DNA from: Acutalibacteraceae bacterium
Lineage (GTDB): Bacteria > Bacillota > Clostridia > Oscillospirales > CAG-272
Assembly: GCA_963618495.1 (NCBI GenBank)
Contig: CAVESF010000008.1
Location: forward strand, 2,749-66,748
DNA: 64,000 nt
Direction of reading: 5' to 3'
Shown here piece by piece: positions 26,177 to 33,062 of the stretch. Numbering within the stretch: the stretch's first letter is position 1; the number at the start of each line of letters is the position of its first letter. A program made the translations under genes and the position numbers. The notes below the pieces were generated by a model. It had not been told where the DNA came from. It did not search any database and saw only the letters and a program-made list of their open reading frames with translations.

Positions 26177-27121
26177 TCAGATTTCGATGCTGTTTATAAC
26201 ATTTTTCAGAGTTTCCGCGCTGTAGCGAAGCTTCGATATCTCTTCATCCGTGAGAGGAATATTCACCTTTCCGCGGATACCGCCGTCTCTGACAAGCGTG
26301 AGCGTGCTGAGGCAGACATCTTCTATTCCGTATTCGCCGTGCATCATCGTGGAAACCGTCATCGTCGTATCGAGACCGCCGAGCAGGCACTTGCAGATGT
26401 GACATACGGAAACGGATACGGCATAGAATGTCGCGCCCTTGCGGGCAATGACTCTTCCGCCGGATTTTCTTACATACTGCTCAACCTCATCGAGGTCAAG
26501 CTCGGGACGTTCGATGCCGGGAGTGATAATGAGTCTGCCGCAGTCCTTTATCGGAACGTTTGAAATATTGGCTACCGACCACGGAATGAAAGAAGAGTCG
26601 CCATGCTCACCGAAAACATAGGCATGAACATTGCTCTGATTGATATCATAGTATTCCGAGAGTCTCGCACGCAGGCGTGCGGTGTCGAGTATCGTTCCCG
26701 AGCCGATGATATGATTTTCGGGAATGTCCGAAAACTTGTGGAAAGTATACGTCAGGATGTCAACGGGATTGCTGACTATTATGTATACGGCGTTCGGTGC
26801 GTATTTTGTAATCTCGGGGATAATGCTCTTTGTGATGTTTACATTCGTCTGGGCAAGCTCAAGTCTTGTCTGACCGGGCTTTCTTGCGATACCCGATGTG
26901 AGGATGACTATGTCGGAATCAGCCGCATCGCGATAGTCGCCCGCATAAACCGAGCATGCATTGCAGAAAGGTGTTCCCTGGCGGATATCGAGTGCTTCGC
27001 CGAGCGCTTTCTCGCTGTTGATGTCGATCATAACGATCTCAGAGGCAAGCCCCATGACTGTAAGCGTATAGGCAATGGTGGAACCTACGCTTCCGGTTCC
27101 GATGATGGAAATTTTGTTCAT
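26177..27121 (-). CDS. mdh: LDH-like malate dehydrogenase (Arg at the Gln102/Arg102 specificity position)
   Basis: 314 aa. Rossmann motif IIGTGSVGS. The substrate loop GIARKPGQTRLEL reads R where LDHs have GANQKPGETRLDL. It sits directly upstream of fumC. Confidence 0.7.
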   Translation of the reverse strand: MNKISIIGTGSVGSTIAYTLTVMGLASEIVMIDINSEKALGEALDIRQGTPFCNACSVYAGDYRDAADSDIVILTSGIARKPGQTRLELAQTNVNITKSIIPEITKYAPNAVYIIVSNPVDILTYTFHKFSDIPENHIIGSGTILDTARLRARLSEYYDINQSNVHAYVFGEHGDSSFIPWSVANISNVPIKDCGRLIITPGIERPELDLDEVEQYVRKSGGRVIARKGATFYAVSVSVCHICKCLLGGLDTTMTVSTMMHGEYGIEDVCLSTLTLVRDGGIRGKVNIPLTDEEISKLRYSAETLKNVINSIEI

Positions 27122-27199
27122 GACTTTTTTCTCCTGTTAAGTAGTTTTTTCAGCCTTGATTTTTGTCGTATATTATATAACAACATTATTTCAGTGTAT

Positions 27200-27228
27200 A
27201 TTATATCGCAGTTTGTCGCATTTGTAAA
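27200..27228 (-). promoter_or_regulatory. SigA-type promoter of the mdh-fumC-hdr-flx-frd operon
   Basis: On the minus strand: TTTACA (27223-27228), 17-nt spacer, TATAAT (27200-27205), about 75 nt upstream of the mdh ATG. Confidence 0.55.
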
Positions 27229-27413
27229 GTCCCTTTTTTTCATATCAGTTATATATATATCGATATATGTAGGAACTATACGAAAAAAGGTGAAAAAACG
27301 CCCTTTTTTGCAGGGTAAAATTTCCCCGCCGCGGCATGATTTTCGCAATTTCCGTGATATTGCATCTGTACGGCAGAGACGGATTTCGGCGAGAGAAAAA
27401 GTGAATATAATAA

Positions 27414-27447
27414 AATGCAGGCAATCCGCGAGAGGATTGCCTGCATT
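27414..27447 (-). terminator. Terminator of the 7-gene ABC/surface-protein operon
   Basis: Perfect 14-bp stem AATGCAGGCAATCC/GGATTGCCTGCATT with a 6-nt loop. On the minus strand it is followed by TTTATTATATT. Confidence 0.8.
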
Positions 27448-27552
27448 CATTAAAACCGATATTACTGAAAAGTTTAAGTTTTCATAAATGTCTTTACCCA
27501 ATAAAAACATTTACCTCTTCACTTTTTCGGTCTGCACTTTTTTAGCAGCTGA

Positions 27553-28605
27553 TTACATGCCGCCAAAGCCGGAATGTTCAATACCCTGTACCAGATATCT
27601 CTGACAGAAGAGATACATTATCATCAGCGGAGCAATAACCATAAGACCTGCCGTATTTCTTACAGCAACCTTATAGGTATCGACGCTTGCACCTGCAAGA
27701 GAGCTGAGCGTATCGAGCGTTGGAGGCATTGTCTGCCAGAACTTCGAGCTTGTCAGAAGTATCGTGTCAGACGAGGGCATGAATGTGCTTGTGTAGAAAA
27801 TATCCGTCCACTGCCATGAGAACGAAAGTATGAATACCGTGATAAGCATCGGTACAGATACGGGAAGTATGATGTGGAAGAATGTCTTTATCGGACCGTA
27901 ACCGTCAACATACGAGGATTCCTCAAGCTCATCGGGAATGCCGCGATAGAACTGCCTCATTATGTAGATAAAGAGTCCGTTCTTGAAAGCAAGACCTGTG
28001 AGTGAAAGAAGAATTATCGGCACGAATGTATTGAGCAGACCCGTGCTCATTCCGAGAGCATCATAAAGTCCCGTTTTGTTGAAGAGACCGAAGATATCAA
28101 AGAAAGCAAACTTCTGAACGAGAGAAGAAGCTATCATCTGCGGAGGTACAATCATCGTGAAGATAACGAGCAGGAAGAGCGCGTTATTGCCTTTGAATTT
28201 GAACTTGGCAAATCCATAGCCGATGAAAGCACAGATAAACATCTGAAGTCCGCCGCAAACAAGCGATATCAGCGTTGTATTGAGCAGTGCTCTGAAATAA
28301 TGGTTTTCCGTGATAAGATATTTGTAGATATCCAGCGTAGGATATTTCGGAATCATCTTTACATCGGACTGAATAAAGTCTGTCGGGCTCATGAACGAAG
28401 AAGAAATCTTCGAGAAGAACGGGAACAGAATGATATAAGAAAGACCGAGAAGAAGCACAAATCTGAAAACAGCCACGAGAATCTTCTTATAGAAGAAGGC
28501 ATTCAGATATTTTGCTTTCAGACGCTGTGCGAGAGGAGTTCTGTCAAACTCTACGCGAATTTTATTCTTGGTTTCTTTTTTAACCTTTGGCATATTGTTA
28601 TCCAT
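27553..28605 (-). CDS. Carbohydrate ABC transporter permease (MalG-like, CUT1), second pair
   Basis: 350 aa, 6 TM, with the EAA loop ESSYVDGYGPIKTFFHIILP. The N-terminal cytoplasmic tail is basic. Confidence 0.85.
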   Translation of the reverse strand: MDNNMPKVKKETKNKIRVEFDRTPLAQRLKAKYLNAFFYKKILVAVFRFVLLLGLSYIILFPFFSKISSSFMSPTDFIQSDVKMIPKYPTLDIYKYLITENHYFRALLNTTLISLVCGGLQMFICAFIGYGFAKFKFKGNNALFLLVIFTMIVPPQMIASSLVQKFAFFDIFGLFNKTGLYDALGMSTGLLNTFVPIILLSLTGLAFKNGLFIYIMRQFYRGIPDELEESSYVDGYGPIKTFFHIILPVSVPMLITVFILSFSWQWTDIFYTSTFMPSSDTILLTSSKFWQTMPPTLDTLSSLAGASVDTYKVAVRNTAGLMVIAPLMIMYLFCQRYLVQGIEHSGFGGM

Positions 28606-28622
28606 TTATATCCCCTCCCCTC

Positions 28623-29636
28623 TCAGTCATTTCTGCGCTGGTAGAACACGAATGTTCTGCATATACCGAATACTATGACAAGCATGAGTATTACGAGCGC
28701 GAAGTAAATCCAGCAAGCTGCCGACTGAACAGTGTCAACGGATGTCATCGAGCCGCCGCTCTTATTCAGAATGAAGCTCATAACCTTGTTTGATTCCGCC
28801 GTGAACGAGTCGATAACCGTATAAACAGAGTTTGCGAGAATCATCGGGCTTATCATCGGGAATGTTATCTTCCAGAAAGTTTCCCATGCCGTTGCGCCCT
28901 CCATCTGGCACGATTCGTAAATCGAGGGAGAGATGGACTGAAGTCCCGAGAGGAATATCAGCATCTGAACGCCGGAGCGGTTTACTATATTGTAAATATC
29001 ATTTACAAGCTGTACGACTACATCCACAAACTTTGATGCTATACCGAGGTTTTGGAAAGCCGCCGTCAGATCCATCGCGGAAACGAAGCTTGTTCCGCCG
29101 TCTACCATACCCATGTCAAGTCCTTCAAGACTGCTCATGCTTGTGATGATGGCGTTGCCGTTGTCTATCTTTGCGATAATGCCCGCGCCGATAACGACAG
29201 GGATAAAGAATATCGCACGGAATGCCGCTCTGCCGACCATCTTCTGGTTCAGAAGAACCGCTACGAAGAGCGAGAGAAGAATGATAGCCACTATCTCTAC
29301 GACCTGGTCAAAGAAGCTGGTGAAGAGAAATTCCTTGAAAAGGATACCCTGCTCGGCGTCAACCGTGAGGTTGAGCGCCGCTTTGTAGTTTGCAAGTCCT
29401 ACCCACTGGAGCTGGTATCCGAAGCCCTCGAGAGCCGAGAGCTGTCTGTAGTCTGCCACGCTGTAGCAAAGAGATTCCCATATGGCCGATGCATAGATGA
29501 ATACGAGACCTATAACAAACGGTGCTACGAATATCCAGCCTACTCTCGACTTTTTCTCTGTCAGAGAGGCATGAGGCGTGAAAAAGTTTTTAAGCTTTGT
29601 TCCGAAGCTTGTTTTTTCTGTTGTCTTGTTGCTCAT
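28623..29636 (-). CDS. Sugar ABC transporter permease (MalF-like, CUT1), second pair
   Basis: 337 aa with the EAA loop ESCQMEGATAWETFWKITFP. A large extracytoplasmic loop lies between TM3 and TM4. Confidence 0.85.
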   Translation of the reverse strand: MSNKTTEKTSFGTKLKNFFTPHASLTEKKSRVGWIFVAPFVIGLVFIYASAIWESLCYSVADYRQLSALEGFGYQLQWVGLANYKAALNLTVDAEQGILFKEFLFTSFFDQVVEIVAIILLSLFVAVLLNQKMVGRAAFRAIFFIPVVIGAGIIAKIDNGNAIITSMSSLEGLDMGMVDGGTSFVSAMDLTAAFQNLGIASKFVDVVVQLVNDIYNIVNRSGVQMLIFLSGLQSISPSIYESCQMEGATAWETFWKITFPMISPMILANSVYTVIDSFTAESNKVMSFILNKSGGSMTSVDTVQSAACWIYFALVILMLVIVFGICRTFVFYQRRND

Positions 29637-29654
29637 TTATATTCACCTCTCCTT

Positions 29655-32600
29655 TCAGTCAATTTTGATATAGCTTCTTGCGGCTATAAGCTCATATCTC
29701 GTATCGGAAACCTTGACGATTACACTGCCTGTAGTGTAGTTTACAAACATTGTCTTACCGTCCGCCATGGTCACTCTTACGATGTCTGTGCTGTTGGTAG
29801 CCATTGCGGAAAGCGCAGACTCGATGTTTTCCTTGGCACGTGCTATCTGCGAGCTTGAACCGGAAGCAAGTGCCTTTTCAAGCGCTTCGTAAAGCTTGCT
29901 GAAGCTTGCGGCTCCCTTTGTTGTAGGTGTCTGCGCCGTAACAACCTCAGAGCTCTTCGGTGCAAAGGTCTTGCCATCTGCGTCTTTCGCATTGATAAAG
30001 CTGTTAGCCTCGAGAACTATAGCCTTGCCGTCCACATAAACAGTTACATCAAATGAGTTGTAGTTGATATAGAATGTTGTTTCGCCCTTGCCGGATGTGT
30101 AGGTTACGCTTACCGCATTTCCCACATTGTTTACATCGATAAGCTGCTTTACGCTTGTGAGATGCTTCTCGGCGGCCTCGAAAGCGGTTTTCTTTGCCGC
30201 TTCGTCTGCAAGCGCGGTGCCTGCCTGTCTGCCGTCGGCAATAAGCTTATCCGTATACTCGACAGCCTCATAATATGCTGTCTTTTTCTCCTCGTAATCC
30301 CTCTCTGCCGAAGTGAGCTGGTCAAAGAGAACATATGCGTCATCTGCGGAGAGTCTGAATGATGTCAGATAGCTGTGACCTGTTATCACGGCATTCTGGA
30401 GGTTCTTCATTTCATCGTTTACCATGTTGTAATACTTGACAACATCGGAATACCATGTCGTGAAGTCTACGGAATAGTAATTGGAAACATCGGTGTAAGT
30501 ATTCTTGAGCTCGTTTGTATTCTGATATGAAAGGATGAAATAGAGTGCGGAGCCGTTTTCTATCGACTTGAGTATTTCATACTTCACATCGCCCGCCATA
30601 TTGACGGCTGTGCCGGCAAAGTTCTTATATCCGTGGAGCACCATGCCTGTGAAAGGAACGGACTGGGAGGATATAGCGAAGCGGCTGTTGTCCATCGGAA
30701 CCTCGATGAGGTCTGTGATGTACGGGAGCGTATATGCGTTGCCGCTGGAAGCGATAACCTTGTTATTGTCCTGCTTTATCTTGTTGAGGAGGAAGATTGT
30801 ATATTCCTTGGAATCCTCACGGGTAAGAGGTCTGTCCATATTGAAGTCGGAGTTGAGATCCGTACCGAGTGTGAGAACGGAGATACTGCCTACCTCATAC
30901 TTCTGATATTTCTTTGCAAACTTCTCATAGAGCGTCATGAAAGCGGAGGGAGAGACGATGTTTGCGTTACCGAATTTCGTCATTATCTGGTAAACGGGGT
31001 CATAGCTGCGCTTTGTGACATATCTGCCGCCCATTGTCTGAGCCGCGTGCTTCTTGTAGGAGAAGCCGCTTCCCGAGAGGACAGCGTTTGCAAAGTCGAA
31101 GTTCGGGAATATGTCTATTCCGTTTTCGGAAGCGAATGAAAGGAGCTTTGAGAGTCCTTTCTTGCCGCCTACCTCCTTATTCCACTTTACATTTGTCGGA
31201 TATGTCGGATATTCTATATTGCCGTTTGCAAATCCGGTAAGAATGAATTTCTGATTTTTGATTCCGCCGTCGGAAAGCATACCGCTCATCGTGATAATAT
31301 CATCAAATGTCGTCAGCGGAATCGTTTTCACAACGGGGATGGAGAGGAATGTGGAATCTATATCAAGTGTACCGAAGCTCTGGATGTAGAGCGGAACGCC
31401 CGAGGATGTTTCCTCTGCCGTGAGTCTCGATATCGTGCCTACGCGCTCGAGATAATCTCTGTATGCCATAGCCATGCCGATATAGGAGGGCTCATATGAT
31501 GTTTCGCCGCTCTGCTTTGCGAGATTGGGGTCGGAAAGCAGGATGTAGCGTATTGCATAGTCGCCGGTATACTTTGTATCCATGCTCTTTGAGATGGAGG
31601 AAGCATTACCGAGCGAGCTGCCGAGCGAAACCGTATCGGTCTGCTTTGCGGAGAAGCTTACATAAACCGTGTTATATTCGCTCTCTGCAGGAGATGCATA
31701 GTTGACCCATGCCATATCTCCGAGGCTGGCTGTGATATAAGCGAAAGATTCGCCGTTCTCGATTATGCCGAAGTAACCTCTCTTGTAGCTTACCGTTTCG
31801 GATTTTGCGGGAGCGTTGCTTCGCTCTGTCGTTGTCGTGATGCTGTAGTCCTCTGTCAGACCGAATACGGGAAGTCTTGTAACCTCCTGATTTGCGCTGG
31901 TGGAGGAAAGATTGTCATAACCGAAGTCCGTGCCGTAAACGGGTGTACCCTGAATACCTTTCTTTATAGAGCCGTCCGCATTGTAGTAATTGAGGAGCGT
32001 ACCGCTTCCGTCGGGTATGAAGATATAGCCGCCGGTCTTTGTCTTGGTTCCGCTGTTCTTTACGGAGCTGCAGCCGAAATAAGGCAGGGGTGTTATCGAT
32101 TCGAGAGTGTAGTTTGTTTCGTTGTATCTTACGCTCTTTGCGGGGATGGACGCGCGGAAGCCGTACTCATCGAAAGTATATTCGATAGCGAGACGGAAGA
32201 GCGCGGGCTCTTTTTCGTTTCCTTCGTATCCTGTCAGCTCATGGTCGTATTCCAGTTCCTCGTATGTGTACTCGGGACAATACTTTCTTATCAGAGCTTC
32301 TATCTGCTTGAGTATCGCGTTTCTGTCAACCGCGAGAGTGTAGATTTTCATTTCCCTGTTGTTTGCAAGGCAGGGATATGTCTTTCTCCAGCCGTCCACA
32401 AGGCTTGCATTAAGTTCGTCTGTCTGGTCCTTGTAGGAATAGTGCGATGTCGTAAGGTTGTCGTAAATGAATTTCTCGTCCTTCGTCATCTCGGATGCCT
32501 TGGAGTCGAGCACGCTGAGAATCTTTTCCTCAAAGCGGCTTGCCTCTATCCATCTCGGAAGGAGTCGCTTGGATTCAACGGTACCGAGAGCATACTCCAC

Positions 32601-33044
32601 TCTTATACCGTTTGAAAGCTGGGTATATGATATCTGATCGCCGAGCAGAGCCGCATGCTCATAGCTGGACATATAGTAGCTCGTATTTGAGTTGTTGTCC
32701 GTATATCTGAGCATTATCTGGCTCATCAGAGAATATCTTATCTTCTCTGCGTTTGAGGGCATTGTGTAGTTTGCCGCGATATCATAAGGGTTTGAAAAAG
32801 TGTATTCGCCGGTTTTCTTGTCTTTGATGGCAAATTCTCCGGAAAGCTCATCGAAATACATCTGATAGCCGTACTCATCGCTGTCGTAAACAAGCTTCAT
32901 TGTATCGACCTTTGCTTTTTCCGATTCATATACCGTCTTGTAATAATCATCTATCACAAGGTCAGCCGCGAAAACAGGCACAGAGAGCGCTGTTATGAGC
33001 ATGATAACAGCAAGAAGAGCCGATATAAACTTTATTTTTTTCAT
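29655..33044 (-). CDS. Large secreted or anchored protein of unknown function (resembles proteins annotated DUF5696, not verifiable here)
   Basis: 1129 aa with signal peptide MKKIKFISALLAVIMLITALSVPVFA. No catalytic motif was recognised by eye. The C-terminus carries two related ~40-aa beta modules separated by a helical linker. Confidence 0.5.
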   Translation of the reverse strand: MKKIKFISALLAVIMLITALSVPVFAADLVIDDYYKTVYESEKAKVDTMKLVYDSDEYGYQMYFDELSGEFAIKDKKTGEYTFSNPYDIAANYTMPSNAEKIRYSLMSQIMLRYTDNNSNTSYYMSSYEHAALLGDQISYTQLSNGIRVEYALGTVESKRLLPRWIEASRFEEKILSVLDSKASEMTKDEKFIYDNLTTSHYSYKDQTDELNASLVDGWRKTYPCLANNREMKIYTLAVDRNAILKQIEALIRKYCPEYTYEELEYDHELTGYEGNEKEPALFRLAIEYTFDEYGFRASIPAKSVRYNETNYTLESITPLPYFGCSSVKNSGTKTKTGGYIFIPDGSGTLLNYYNADGSIKKGIQGTPVYGTDFGYDNLSSTSANQEVTRLPVFGLTEDYSITTTTERSNAPAKSETVSYKRGYFGIIENGESFAYITASLGDMAWVNYASPAESEYNTVYVSFSAKQTDTVSLGSSLGNASSISKSMDTKYTGDYAIRYILLSDPNLAKQSGETSYEPSYIGMAMAYRDYLERVGTISRLTAEETSSGVPLYIQSFGTLDIDSTFLSIPVVKTIPLTTFDDIITMSGMLSDGGIKNQKFILTGFANGNIEYPTYPTNVKWNKEVGGKKGLSKLLSFASENGIDIFPNFDFANAVLSGSGFSYKKHAAQTMGGRYVTKRSYDPVYQIMTKFGNANIVSPSAFMTLYEKFAKKYQKYEVGSISVLTLGTDLNSDFNMDRPLTREDSKEYTIFLLNKIKQDNNKVIASSGNAYTLPYITDLIEVPMDNSRFAISSQSVPFTGMVLHGYKNFAGTAVNMAGDVKYEILKSIENGSALYFILSYQNTNELKNTYTDVSNYYSVDFTTWYSDVVKYYNMVNDEMKNLQNAVITGHSYLTSFRLSADDAYVLFDQLTSAERDYEEKKTAYYEAVEYTDKLIADGRQAGTALADEAAKKTAFEAAEKHLTSVKQLIDVNNVGNAVSVTYTSGKGETTFYINYNSFDVTVYVDGKAIVLEANSFINAKDADGKTFAPKSSEVVTAQTPTTKGAASFSKLYEALEKALASGSSSQIARAKENIESALSAMATNSTDIVRVTMADGKTMFVNYTTGSVIVKVSDTRYELIAARSYIKID

Positions 33045-33062
33045 TTCGTTCTCCCTCCTTGC

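Noticed and set aside
27118-27510. A 130-aa ORF in the mdh upstream region, the ORFs at 40233..40634 and the 234-aa ORF at 52268..52972.
   Set aside because: They lie in AT-rich or homopolymer-rich intergenic DNA and have no RBS. Their translations are low complexity, and they overlap predicted promoters and terminators.
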